A DNA stretch of 63,395 nt, counting the filler, from Dimorphilus gyrociliatus (taxonomy: Eukaryota; Animalia; Annelida), in assembly GCA_904063045.1 (NCBI GenBank). It is 4 parts of 4 records of this genome, joined end to end, with 100 filler letters (N's around TTAATTAATTAA, not from the genome) between each part and the next. Parts side by side here need not be neighbours in the genome. Positions count along the whole stretch, not along the records: positions 40,405 to 58,167 come from CAJFCJ010000098.1; positions 58,268 to 63,395 come from CAJFCJ010000180.1; 2 more parts are not named here. The stretch is one strand, 5' to 3'. The translations under genes and the position numbers were made by a program. Below are positions 50,850-63,395 of the stretch, piece after piece (position 1 is the stretch's first letter; every line of letters begins with the position of its first letter). The notes under the pieces were generated by a model. It saw only the letters and a list, made by a program, of their open reading frames with translations, was not told where the DNA came from and searched no databases.

Positions 50850-52404
50850 CTAAACCATTCTATTAAATTGAAATTTGCAAAACAAAGTGAATTGTCAGTA
50901 TACATTTATTCAAAATATTGCTTAGTATTAATGTGACATTTGCATCATAGCGCTCTAATTATTTTTAATCATATTAGTTGATTATATTTATGTTACACCT
51001 TGGTAATGATTTCACACAACCTAAATGGCTTTGAAGATGCTTTTAAAAAAATTTTCAAATTAACAAATTTTGTTGATGGACAAAAAAACTTGTAATTTTC
51101 TTTTTCTTTGCACAATACAGAATTTTTATCATAGGCAAAAAGTTCAGGATTATTTTCTTCAATATTCTCTCCATAAATTTGAAATTCTACAAAGTTGGTC
51201 AGAGTTTCAATTGTCAGATGGAGAATCCTACCAATGAAAGTTACACAAGTATCAGTTTTATAGTCAACTAGTTCCAATTTAATTTTTTTCCACTTTTCCT
51301 GATTACACCAAGATTTTTCAAATGGAAATTCTAATGAAACCATAACCAGTTGAAACATGCATTCCAGTTTTCTAATTGCATATTTTGCTTTCTCATAGAA
51401 AGAGCCAGGTCACCAAGCAAAATTGTCTTTAAAGGTAGACTGTGTGATTTTACAGAGAAAGTTCCACTATAATCTACCCAAGTGCTTTCTTGTATGGAAT
51501 AACATTTTGCATTTATATTTGACTCTTTTTTACACCTAATGTCAGAAAACATTTGCAAATTCCATCAGTAAAGTTATGTGCAGGTCTCAAATATTATCCC
51601 AGAAAATATAGGCATCATATTTAATATATGAGTAATGTGACAAGAATGTTATATCTTGTGTACATGTTGAAACAGTTTTTAAAAACTGATTAACCCCTTC
51701 TTCAGTAAGATTTTCATACACAATATCTTTTACATAAGATTGATGGAGTTCATATTGACTATCTTGTATCAAAGTCAGCTCTTCAGCATTGTTGTCAAGA
51801 TAAGCTTTTCCCAATATACCATTGTCTTTTTCACATGAAATATTGGCAATTTCTCCTTTAAAAGATACTTGTATTTTAAAAATTGCAGAAGTTTGTTTTT
51901 GTTTTAATTAAAGTTTTTTTTCCACTACAAACAACTAGGTTTACTTATATTCTGAAAAGTCTGGTATTTTGAGGAAACTTTCAAGACTGTTAAAGACCTT
52001 ATGAAGTTATTGGAGAATTAAAACAGGTTCCTCTTCTTTTTGCATTTATGTCATGAAAAAGAAAAGAAGCTTATAATCTATTGATCAATATTTTATGTGA
52101 ATATTTAATGCATTTCCAAGAATGAACTACCTGAAATAATAGATTATAAGCTTCTTTTCTTTTTCATGACATAAATGCAAAAAGAAGAGGAACCTGTTTT
52201 AATTCTCCAATAACTTCATAAGGTCTTTAACAGTCTTGAAAGTTTCCTCAAAATACCAGACTTTTCAGAATATAAGTAAACCTAGTTGTTTTGTAGTGGA
52301 AAAAAACTTTAATTAAAACAAAACAAACTTCTGCAATTTTTAAAATACAAGTATCTTTTAAAGGAGAAATTGCCAATATTTCATGTGAAAAAGACAATGG
52401 TATA

Positions 52405-53229
52405 TTGGGAAAAGCTTATCTTGACAACAATGCTGAAGAGCTGACTTTGATACAAGATAGTCAATATGAACTCCATCAATCTTATGTAAAAGATATTGTG
52501 TATGAAAATCTTACTGAAGAAGGGGTTAATCAGTTTTTAAAAACTGTTTCAACATGTACACAAGATATAACATTCTTGTCACATTACTCATATATTAAAT
52601 ATGATGCCTATATTTTCTGGGATAATATTTTGAGACCTGCACATAACTTTACTGATGGAATTTGCAAATGTTTTTCTGACATTAGGTGTAAAAAAGAGTC
52701 AAATATAAATGCAAAATGTTATTCCATACAAGAAAGCACTTGGGTAGATTATAGTGGAACTTTCTCTGTAAAATCACACAGTCTACCTTTAAAGACAATT
52801 TTGCTTGGTGACCTGGGCTCTTTCTATGAGAAAGCAAAATATGCAATTAGAAAACTGGAATGCATGTTTCAACTGGTTATGGTTTCATTAGAATTTCCAT
52901 TTGAAAAATCTTGGTGTAATCAGGAAAAGTGGAAAAAAATTAAATTGGAACTAGTTGACTATAAAACTGATACTTGTGTAACTTTCATTGGTAGGATTCT
53001 CCATCTGACAATTGAAACTCTGACCAACTTTGTAGAATTTCAAATTTATGGAGAGAATATTGAAGAAAATAATCCTGAACTTTTTGCCTATGATAAAAAT
53101 TCTGTATTGTGCAAAGAAAAAGAAAATTACAAGTTTTTTTGTCCATCAACAAAATTTGTTAATTTGAAAATTTTTTTAAAAGCATCTTCAAAGCCATTTA
53201 GGTTGTGTGAAATCATTACCAAGGTGTAA
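52405..53229 (+). CDS. CASPR/neurexin-IV-type fibrinogen-like (COLFI-like) domain followed by possible degenerate discoidin/fucolectin-like domains; 5'-truncated at the palindrome centre; frameshifted mirror at 50993-51814
   Basis: CTQDITF...W...CKC...C...W.DYSG...LPLKTILLGD...EKAKYAIRKLEC matches the CASPR FReD pattern; NFVEFQIYG and FRLCEI resemble LxFCEVxVYG. Confidence 0.6.
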   Translation: MGKAYLDNNAEELTLIQDSQYELHQSYVKDIVYENLTEEGVNQFLKTVSTCTQDITFLSHYSYIKYDAYIFWDNILRPAHNFTDGICKCFSDIRCKKESNINAKCYSIQESTWVDYSGTFSVKSHSLPLKTILLGDLGSFYEKAKYAIRKLECMFQLVMVSLEFPFEKSWCNQEKWKKIKLELVDYKTDTCVTFIGRILHLTIETLTNFVEFQIYGENIEENNPELFAYDKNSVLCKEKENYKFFCPSTKFVNLKIFLKASSKPFRLCEIITKV

Positions 53230-56200
53230 CATAAATATAATCAACTAATATGATTAAAAATAATTAGAGCGCTATGATGCAAATGTCACATTAATACTAA
53301 GCAATATTTTGAATAAATGTATACTGACAATTCACTTTGTTTTGCAAATTTCAATTTAATAGAATGGTTAGGGTTAAAAACGGCCATAAATGAAATATTT
53401 GAAAGTTAGATTTCAGCCTGGGAAATGGTTAGGAGGAATAAGATAACTGTTAATATGTTCTTAGGAGGGTCCCATCTAAGGGTTAGGGGTATTCAAAAAG
53501 GTTAGGCAAAAACAAGGGCTGGGTTAGGGTTAGGGTAAAACCATACATTTATGGCCGTTTTCTACCACATCCGGGTTAACCTTCAATAAATAATTGAGAT
53601 TATTATTAAATATTCCATCAGTTTAGTTTCTTGAATATAATTAAAAAAAATGTCATGTTTTGTTGAAGCATTTCATTTCAATAACTAAAAGAAATATATT
53701 GTGAAGTAGCTAAAGATAGCAAAGAAAAAGCCAACATTGAACAGTAAATTTTTTATTTAGTAGCTGACAGTCAAGAAATAAAATTTCTTTTGTCAGTGAC
53801 ATTTATTAATTTTTAACATAATAAAGAAATTCCTTCATACATTAAATAATTTAAAATTGAAAATAAAAAACTGTTCATACCAGGAAAGAATATTCCTAAA
53901 TAAGTAATTAAAATTTCTGAAATTTTCAATTGTTTCTTTACTGTAGTATTGTATTTCATTTTTGCAGTTTAGTCTAAATATTAACATTTTTATTAGCTTG
54001 ATGTTATTCCAAGTTCGTCCAAAAATAGTCTTAATAAATGTAATTTTTGTAGTAATTAATCACAAAATTGTGCACTTAGATATAATGATATATGAATACT
54101 TAGACTTTAGATATAAGGCTACATTAGAAAGACTTCTATTTTATAGGAATTACAATGGTCCAACTATAGAAATACTACTATTTCATAGGAATTATAATGG
54201 TGGAACTTTTGAAAGACTTTTAATTCGTAGAGTTAGCTTTTAGTACTTTAGAAAGAACTCTATTTTGTAAGAAATAGACTCTTTAACTGCAACAGATGGT
54301 GGCTACTTGGGAATTAACAAAGGAACAAAGAACATGGAAAACATGCATGTCAAACACCAGATGCTGATGAGGCAGGCCTGGTTGCAATGGCACATGTTTG
54401 ACATGTGGCCCTAATCTTAGGATTATATTTTATATGTGTGATATAACAAGTCTTTCATATTTTTGTTACATCAGAATTATGAGACCAATAGATTTCAACT
54501 TTGTAATCATTTGACCACTTGAACCAAGGCTTTGGCAAATGTATAAAAGGAAATGCATTTGCCCAGCTTGTCAGTTCAGTTCTTTAACTGTCAGCTGGTT
54601 GTTTAAACTTACTTGTTTAGAACTAGAAACTCATTTACTCAATACATATTCTTTAAATGAAATACTGGCATTTGTTGATTAATTTCTACTGAAATTACAT
54701 TTCTCAAGACTATTTGTGGACAAACTTGAAAGGTTCTATGTGGTGTGAGTACTTTGGTGAGTTGATAAATGATTGGAAAGGACGAATACTGTTCTGAAGA
54801 AACAGAAATTCCTACAATGACAATACAACAAAGTAACTGAACTGACAAGCTCATTTTATAATCTTCTAGATGAGTTAAAAAGAGAAGCTGATCTTGTGCC
54901 AGTAATACAAAAATGCTATCTGAAAAAAAATTGAAGCGTTATCAAAAAAAAGATTTATGTAAATCTGCAAAAGAAGATTTTTGATATATGGGAAAATTTC
55001 AAAATTGGGCAGATAACATGTTCAGAAGTCTTAGATATTTGTTTTCATCTACTTTATCAGTTTGAAACAAAATAAATTATTACAAATTAACCATTCATTA
55101 TCTTTTTTCATTTCTTGTCTTTTTTTATGATTTCATAAGAAAAAAACATTTTCAAGTCTTTTTACTTTTCTTGCGGACAGTGTTAACAAATGAGTTGGGA
55201 ATGCACAGTAGTCAGATGGGAGAATTAGCTATAATTAAACAATGTTCACCAATAGCCTCAACAGAAGTAGTTTGTGACTTAAGCATGATAAAAAAGAATA
55301 ACAAATGTTCTCAATTTTTACTTGTCACCATGAACAACCTGCTTTTCCAAGTTATCATATGTAATATTTGTTTGAGTATTGTAGTTTCAATGGTATGTAT
55401 CATCATTTTCAACTATACTACCAGGAGAAGAAAACAAAGAGAAGAAACTGCTACCCCAAGTGAGGGCACAGATAACTCTCCTGAAAACCCAAAACTAATG
55501 AAACAAAGTTGTAGCTCTAGTCAACATCAAACTAATGAAGAAGAACAACCACCTGTAATTCTCATTAAATCAAGATGAAGGGACTCATCTTCACAAAGAA
55601 GGGGGAAGTTGTACAACTTTGGTTATATTTTACATGCTTGAACTCTATTATTTTATGCAACTTATACATGTACATCTTAAAACCTATGCAAGAAAATGCT
55701 ATAACATTGGCCAAACATAAGTCTGATTAGTCAGCTCGAAGGCTCATCTTTAATTACCAATAAAGGTTTGGCCAAGTTATAATTTAATTAACTTGCCTAG
55801 GGTGTGGCCAAGTTATAATTCAATTAACCTTCCTAAATGTTCAACCTTGTAACATCCTGTTACTAAACATAAATATGAACTACACATTTCTGCAACTGTA
55901 AAGTGATGATTGGATGTCAGAGGCAAACCTCAAAGTATATAAATCCTCACTATTCTCATTTGGCATGCAGCTTCCATCTGGACCCAAGGACCTGGGAAAA
56001 TCATCTGGAAACAACCTCCACTGGAACCATCCATCTACTCCTCAACATTGGAAGACAGTTTTGGTAATTTGGCAACCTGCTATTACAAACTATCTACTCT
56101 GCTATCGAACTCTCATATTGTTACTTGCTTAAGTATTATTATTGCGAATAAACCGTTTTAATTTAAACATTTGTTTAAAGGTTCGAGTAGAACCAGTATT

Positions 56201-58167
56201 GTTATAACTTGCAAACGCATAGATTTTGCCAGCAAGAGCAGTACATTATTAAATATAATAATATCCTTCATTTTCCATTCTTTAAGTATGGAAAGAGAAA
56301 ATATCAAAAAAATATTATTTTTTTTAAGGTGTATCAGTGACTTACCACCAGTACTGTATATGTTGGTTATTTGAATCAAAATACTCTTTATTTTCAATAC
56401 AACTACAATACATACCAAACTAAAACCATAAATTTTACAATTCAATTTTTAATATCTTTTTCTTTCTAACAATTTTGTCTTGTAACTTTAATGTCAGGTT
56501 TGTACTCAGAGATTGGTATGCTCCTTATCACTTTTTTAGGTCAATTTTTGGATTATTGGATATAGTATTGAGCTTTGATTTGTACCTTTTTTCCTTCAAA
56601 GTGAACATTGTCAACAATTGTCAAAAAAAAAATAAGAAAATAATTGTCTTATTACAGAAATAATATTTTCATTGAATTTTTTCACAAAACAAATTACTTT
56701 TTATGGCAAAAGTAGATTCCTGTGGAAAATTCTATAATGCATTTGAGATATAGAAATTATAAATATATTGAATTTTTGTACATTAACAAATTAAAATTTT
56801 GTGATGATTCCTTAATAATTGTTTGAACTGAGATATAAAGAAGCAAAAAATGTCAAAAAAGTTATTATCAGTGTACTTTCCTCCTGGGAGTTGTAGGTAA
56901 GTACTGGTCCAAATAGAACGAATTAGGAGTAAGCCGCTTAGAAGACAGATGTAGAATTGAGGGACAATGAATATAGAACCAAATTGTAAGAATAATATAA
57001 CTGTGTTCTAAAGTAATACTAGACCTGTTCACTAAGAGGGTTCATTCAGGACTGAATGCCTGTTACTACCTGCACTCTGCTTTTATACAGTTCCTTATCA
57101 GTTGTTTTATGCCTTCCTTAGCTGTCAACAACAAGGGTCTAACTCTAACTCCAGATAAGGATTGTTCACAACAAACAGGGTCAAGGATTATCATATTATG
57201 CAATATGTAACATCTTATGCTTTGCCTATAAAAGAGGTTGATTCTGGCAGTTCAGTACCATCTACCCTAGAGGCAACATCTACTTCAACATTTCTACCAT
57301 ATGGTAAGTATTATTTATAAAATATCTATAAACTATAGTTCATAAGTGTACAACCAGAAAAATATTTTTCTGTGACTGTATATTAAAAATAGCAAAAAGC
57401 TTGAACAATACCAATAAAGAGATTTATAGACTAATGAACAACCAAATTTGTAATGTTTCAGTGGCCTATGACTCTAACAATAAGGCAGCATGGTACAGAT
57501 ATGTAACAAGAAATCTTGGCATACTAATAAGCCTACTCTAAAGACCTTCACACCAAAAATACCCTAGTGTACAAACTTATTATTTTAATAAATTTGCAAT
57601 AAAAGTATGAGGGAGGTAGGGTAAAGCCATAATCATTTTCTTTGATTGCCATTCTCCTTCTCTCTTTTTAAATTCTGGGCTGTAACCAGATCCTAAAAGT
57701 AGAAAAATAAACTTAGATTAAATTTTTACACTTATTAATATTATTCCTAACCTGAATTTTTCGAAAAATGGCTGGTGACCAATAAAAAGAACAACAAACC
57801 ATTGTAACATCTCGCCATGTATCTCTTATACTTCTCCAAATGGCCTTTTCATAATCCAAAGCAATTTTTTGAACAGACATGTGACCAGACGATTCATTTA
57901 CAGCCTAAATACACAAATTATCATTGATTAAAGTATTTCAAAATATAACTTACCTTGAATAGTAATTTATAAGCTTTTTTCTTTTGTGATGTTAAGAATG
58001 AAAAAAACAATGGAGTATGGGAAAAATGTCTTAGGGTAAAACTGTTTGGAAAAGCTTCAGCTGGAAAAAAAGGTAATGCCAAAACTTGTTCTTGAAGAAA
58101 TCCTTCTCTGTCTACCATAAAATCTTTTGCTACAGTTAATACAAACAAGTGCTATTACTAAATTTCT

Positions 58168-58267
58168 NNNNNNNNNNNNNNNNNNNNNNNNNNNNNNNNN
58201 NNNNNNNNNNNTTAATTAATTAANNNNNNNNNNNNNNNNNNNNNNNNNNNNNNNNNNNNNNNNNNNN
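58168..58267. other. Artificial contig linker
   Basis: 44N-TTAATTAATTAA-44N. Confidence 0.97.
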
Positions 58268-59149
58268 AGAAAAATAAAATATCAATAAAAACTATTTTTT
58301 CTATTCGCTTTTAATTTATAAACTAACATTAAACTGTTAATCATATTTTTAGTTCAAAAGAGAAATTTTACTATAAAGAAATTCTAATCAACTTTAGACC
58401 TTATTAATTCACATTTAGCTTAATACAAATGCTTCACTTCTTTATAAAACATAACTAGGAGGCTTTAATCTAATTTAATAGGTATACAAACTTTATAAGT
58501 TTGAGTTTTTAGTTCATATTTCATAGTATTCATATAAAATAGTCTAAATTGCCATAATAATATATTTTAGATGATTTGGTTGCTAGTATCAGTGTATGCT
58601 TAAAATTATCAGGAGTCAATAAAGCACCTTCTTAAAGCATCTCATTTTCCTATAAATATCACGTATATTTGATAACACCAATAAAATAAATTTCTAAAAA
58701 AGTGAAACTATATTAAACAAACAAAGCTTCTGTGGTCGCTTGTAATAAGGTTGAAATTACATATATCTAAAAACATAATTCGTTTTGAGAGGCTCATTAA
58801 GGACACCTTCAAATATTTAATGTTTATATTAGCCATTAATCTGCTTTTTATGTATAAGTCGTATTTTTTACTTTGAATCCCGTTAATACCTTTATTATAT
58901 ACTAATTTTATTAATACTTATAAACATACTTGTTTAATATCTTTGTATTTAACCTAGTTTAGACTTTCATATCTGATGTTCTATGTAATTTGTATTCCTC
59001 TAAAAAAATATCATTAAGAGATTTACGCATTCTAAAGCTAAACTTTATTTTTATTTAAGGCTTTTGTAACCGTTAATTAAATTTTCTATTCTTTTTGAAA
59101 GGCTTTAAAGAAAAGCTGTGGTAACAAGTATTAAACTTTTCTATAATAT

Positions 59150-59400
59150 CAGTAATTAAATTTTTGAAGACTTCTTATAATCTTAAAGTTGGTGTTCTAG
59201 GTAGTACTTGTGATTTTATGAATGAAAATACGCTTTCAATCGGGCTTCATGTCCGATGGAATGAAATTAAGGATTGAAAAAAAAGCTTAATATATATTTA
59301 GAACTTCTTTTATAGAAGAAAATAACGGATTGAAGCTTTATTCATATCGTGTCTTATTTCTATGATAATATTTTTGTTAGTATGTTTTTCTGGTAATGTA
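59150..59400 (-). mobile_element. Possible Tc1/IS630-type transposase remnant
   Basis: SPIESVFSFIK resembles NPIExVWSxIK; heavily decayed. Confidence 0.3.
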
Positions 59401-59624
59401 GTAAAATTTAAGACATCATTTAATGAAAATGTTGCACTTTTATATTGTGACGTTATAGATTTAACGACATTTTGGCCGGGTAAATAATATACATCATTAT
59501 TATATTTATCAGGATTGAATACTCAGTATTAAAAGAAAATGTGTTGATATTTAGTATTGTTTTCTATTTTAACGTATACAATATCTTTTATTATTGGCAC
59601 TAACTTGATTGATAAAGTTGCTTG

Positions 59625-61180
59625 TCGGTGTGCATCAACTCGCCACATGGCGAATTGGTATAATAAGAAAGGAAAAATTTAAAAATTAAAAAAAAATTTA
59701 TTCTTCTAATAACCAATCAGTTGTATTTTCTAATGTTATTGAATACCCATCACTTGTAAAAAGCTCATAATTTTTAATTATTATTTGTAATTTATACTCT
59801 TTTTTTAAATCATTATTAGGGATTTCTATATTTTTACCTGCAAAGGTCTGAATAATTCTATATCTTGTTCTTTCCTCTTCCTTGCAAATAAGCTCATGAA
59901 ACTTGCAATATTTGGATGAGCATGATTGATTCCTGGTTTAGTCCTCTATGCCAAGCCTCAATTATATTAGTTGTACGTGGTAGATTTTTTATAATTCTTT
60001 CATAACATGACCAGAATTCTATATCATATCGTGGATAGATATATTCTCGCTCCAAAAAGTACCAACAAAGTTTTTTTCAAAATAACTAAAAGCAATTCAA
60101 GTTTTGTATACTTATCCGAGATTGTGCAAGATTTTTTATTCTATAAAAACATCTACTACTTCTTCTATTGGATAAAATACAAGGTTAAGTAATTTTCTTA
60201 TAAACCTCTTACCTTTATCATTTTATAATCTTTCGTAAGTCCTAACTTTTGTACATGTTTCCAAACGGCTTGACTAAAGTGGAAACTGCAACCATATAAT
60301 TTAGAATTATTGAATATAAAGCTTAGTGGATTCATTAAAGCTTTTTCGAAGTCTATTATAATAAACTTAGGCTTGAAAGAGCATTCTTCTTTAATATATT
60401 TAAAACATATCTTTAAGCTTCTTCTGTTTTGTTTTCCATTAGAATAAAACAAAGAGGGTAAAATTTCCCCATTACCTGTCCTTGAACAGTGATCAGTTGA
60501 TAGAACCCATGTGGAACAGATTTGAATGTTCCATCGATCAAAGCCACATCTACTTTTTCTGCTACATCTTTCTGAAAACTTGTTTGAAAAATTACAAATC
60601 GGTTATTTTTACCAATTCCTAATCGTGCTGGAGGAATCCATCACCTCTGAAATTAGTACGAAGACTTTCAGGGAAGTCAGGAATTGCTGGTTTATATTAC
60701 CAAATTTGCTATTTTTTATTCGATTAACATAGTTTTTTAATGACCTTTCTATAGGCATTGATGGTATTAATTCAGGCTTAAATCTGAATAGCTCTCACTA
60801 CTATATCAGAGGTTCTCTCATTGTTTTTAAGGGGGTTTCTTTATTTGTTGTCTTTTTAGATGAATTTCGATTTTTTTATTATCAAAGTCGTGATTGTGTT
60901 CGACTATAACATTACAAACACCTTCTTCCTCTAAAAGTCTGCCTCTACAGCTTCTGCTTTGGCATCTCCAGTATTTTTTTTTTTTTTTTCGTTTAAAAAA
61001 TTATACATATAGCCATTGTATATCGCAATTGGTTTGCCTCTTTGACTTAAACTATAAATAATACAGGTATTATAGGTTAAAAAAAATTTAATTTTTTAAT
61101 TTTTTTTAATTTTTAAAATTTTTAAATTTTTTCCCTTCTTATTGTACCAACTCGCCATGTGGCGAGTTGATGCACACCGA
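59625..61180 (-). mobile_element. MULE/Mutator element with ~60-bp TIRs and a degenerate transposase
   Basis: TIR tcggtgtgcatcaactcgccacatggcgaattggt... with its reverse complement at about 61115-61180; minus-strand IDGTFKSVP, IIDFEKAL...GCSFHFSQAVW and RTTNNIEAWHR motifs broken by frameshifts. Confidence 0.9.
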
Positions 61181-61489
61181 ATTAAGTTTCATTATCCTTT
61201 AAAAATCTATTGATATGGACTTAAAATAGAACACCTATTTTTTTATTATAGAATATACATAAGCCAATAAGATTATTGATTTATGTAGAAACTGTCTATT
61301 CTTATTTAACAGATATTTTGATTGAAAAAAAATTAAAAAGAAATTCAATTACAATGTTTATTCAGATTAATCACTAGAATCATCTTCTTTTATGTTGTAG
61401 TTGATTATTGTAGCCCTGCGAGGGTCTAAACACCTATTCAGCTTACTCCTATACTTATAAGCTGGGGATTTTATCTTAGCATTGTTATC

Positions 61490-61660
61490 AGTTTTTTTAT
61501 CTAAAGTTACATCTTCTGAACATATGTCATTACTTTATTCTCAGTTTTGGTCAATACATCATCTGAATTATTTTTTTATATAAAGTTACATCTTCTGAAC
61601 ATATGACATTATTCTATTTCAGTTTTGTAATATATCTGAATTTTTTTTATCTAAGTTATG
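61490..61660. repeat. Short tandem repeat of about 70-77 bp, two copies plus a fragment
   Basis: tttttatXtaaagttacatcttctgaacatatg occurs twice. Confidence 0.6.
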
Positions 61661-63119
61661 TTTCTATTGAGGAGATTTCCTCAGCTGTAAATACTTTAGT
61701 ATTTGGTATGCTGATCGTTTGTTTCAAATCATGTTTATATCCTCCTTGTTTACTGAATCAGTTGATTCTTTATAATCAGAAGAATCAACTGATCTTGCGG
61801 GCTTTATTCCTGCCTGGAACCTTTCCCACCTAATATTTTGTTCTCTCTTATGAGAGATAACACTTTCAAAGAAGTCTATTCTTTGTTTAACAATTGAAGA
61901 AAACATTAAGGGATAATTTTTTTTTCTTTTATGTTATAAATTATTCTAGAAAATTCTGAAATTAACAAATAAACAAGAAAATAAGCCTTTATATTAAAAG
62001 ATCAACCTACCAAATTTAGAATGTAATATAAAAGACGTTATGATATAAAACATTGTTTTATATTGGAACTTTACTTTAAACCATATCAATCATGATAATT
62101 ACTATTTATAGAAAATCATTTTATTAACTGCTTGTCTGAAAAACATTTCCATTAAAGAATATGTTCTCTATAAATTAATTTTTTTCTATATACTTTAGTT
62201 TTAAAATTTTTTAAAGAATAGATCTTTAAATAGTCTTTTAACCGCTTTATCGTTTAAATAAATAAATTTAATATATTGAGAATGATTTTTAAAAACTACT
62301 TTTTATATTTATTTAATAAAAAATGCTGTTTTATTGTTTTCTCTAAATAAATATGTTTTTAGTTAAATAGAATGGTGTGTTTGTTTATTTTGTTTATTTT
62401 CAGTTTTGAGATGGGAATTGTTATATAATTTGTTATTCAATCTAAATAATATTACAAAGCTTAAGTTGATTCCTAAAAGCTTCATGTTTTTTTATTTTAC
62501 TAAAATAATTTATCTAAAACATTAATAGAATAAAAAAGATAATATTTGCTATTGTTTTGACTTTAATAAAAGAATTGACTCTTATTAAGCTTAATTAATT
62601 TTACATAAAGTTAAATATTTAGTCTATTTAATAGTAGCAGCTTCAAGTAGATTTCGAGTCTAGCTTTATATACAAGAAAAAGTTGGTTTATCAACTTAAA
62701 CTGTTAATTACAGTTTTACAAATAATAAATAAAAAGTTTATTTTTTATATCTCAAACAAAAAATATTATTTTAGAAACACCCTTTTTAGTATACTAAATC
62801 CAAGGTTTGTTAATTTATACTAAATAAAATAGATTGAAAATAATTTTCTGACTTGATAAGCAAGAATAATGGGTTCAAGTCCGTTATAAGTGGCTTTTGA
62901 ATTTTTTATTATATACCCTGAGAAAAATTTACAAAAGTTTAAATAAGAAAAAAACTTTATAGGGTGAAAAATATATATTTTTTGATTTATTAAAGAAGTT
63001 AAAAAAAAATCAATCTTTTAATTTTAATAATAAAACAATTTCATTAAAGCTTTGCTTTTTGTCTACACTATATTTCCACAAGAATTCTAGTAGATATAAT
63101 ATTGTTCTTCTTGTTTTAC

Positions 63120-63395
63120 ACCTCTTTTTTTTGAAGCCAGTACTTAGATCGTGAGAAAAAGCCTTCAACAGATTGTGTATGCACACGTGGGTCAGTGGGC
63201 TTATAAATTCATATGTATGATTAACTTCACTATGTTCTAATATATGCTACCTGTTCATCTTTTATCCTGTTAACAGCTGCATCATAAGCTTTCCACTCAT
63301 CTGTAACAACATGAGTACTGGATAAATGTTATTTAGTATGATTTGTTTCATTGCAGCAGCATTTCTCCTATCAGTTGGCACTATGAAACAGTTTT
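63120..63395 (-). mobile_element. Merlin/IS1595 (ISXO2-like) transposase remnant
   Basis: Frameshifted DRRNAAAMKQII...VVTDEWKAY...VNHTYEF...HTQSVEGFFSR matches the ISXO2 DxWKAY / VNH / HTQxIE motifs. Confidence 0.8.

Larger units (their letters stand above)
46050..58167. repeat. Giant inverted duplication: arms 46050-52082 and 52138-58167 with a 55-bp spacer
   Basis: ORFs are mirrored (52405-53229 vs 50993-51814; 55171-55578 vs 48643-49158); the arms differ mainly by 1-bp homopolymer indels. Confidence 0.95.

Noticed and set aside
59610-61195. Target-site duplication for the MULE element
   Set aside because: The flanks (agttgcttg vs attaagttt) do not match.
62871-62882. tRNA T-loop-like gggttcaagtcc
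   Set aside because: No cloverleaf can be formed in the flanks.

Overview
AT-rich, gene-dense eukaryotic (invertebrate animal-like) DNA with very short (about 55-75 bp) GT-AG introns. It consists of four contigs (1-24564, 24665-40304, 40405-58167, 58268-63395) joined by artificial 44N-TTAATTAATTAA-44N linkers. Contig 1 holds a SAMHD1-like HD protein whose catalytic residues are naturally replaced (HD to RN), a GPCR, an NNMT-like methyltransferase, a CBM14-CBM14-TSP1-3xC1q secreted protein, a GPI-type Cys-rich protein, a 3xSUEL lectin, a 37-repeat RI-type LRR protein ending in a polybasic CaaX box, a DUF229 protein, and a BC-box/Cul2-box LRR protein with decayed relatives. Contig 2 is a ~6.7 kb unit repeated about 2.5 times (LRR pseudogene, Tc1 remnants, FLYWCH/MULE remnant, and an intronless bacterial-type GT4 glycosyltransferase, an HGT candidate), with a garbled fold-back. 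Contig 3 holds a GRL101-like SRCR/LDLa/LRR GPCR and a ~12 kb near-perfect palindrome running to the contig end. Contig 4 holds degraded MULE and Merlin transposons. Shared leader and trailer repeats link the LRR genes and the bacterial-type gene. Many single-base homopolymer frameshifts suggest imperfect long-read consensus. All homology calls come from recognised motifs; no database search was run.
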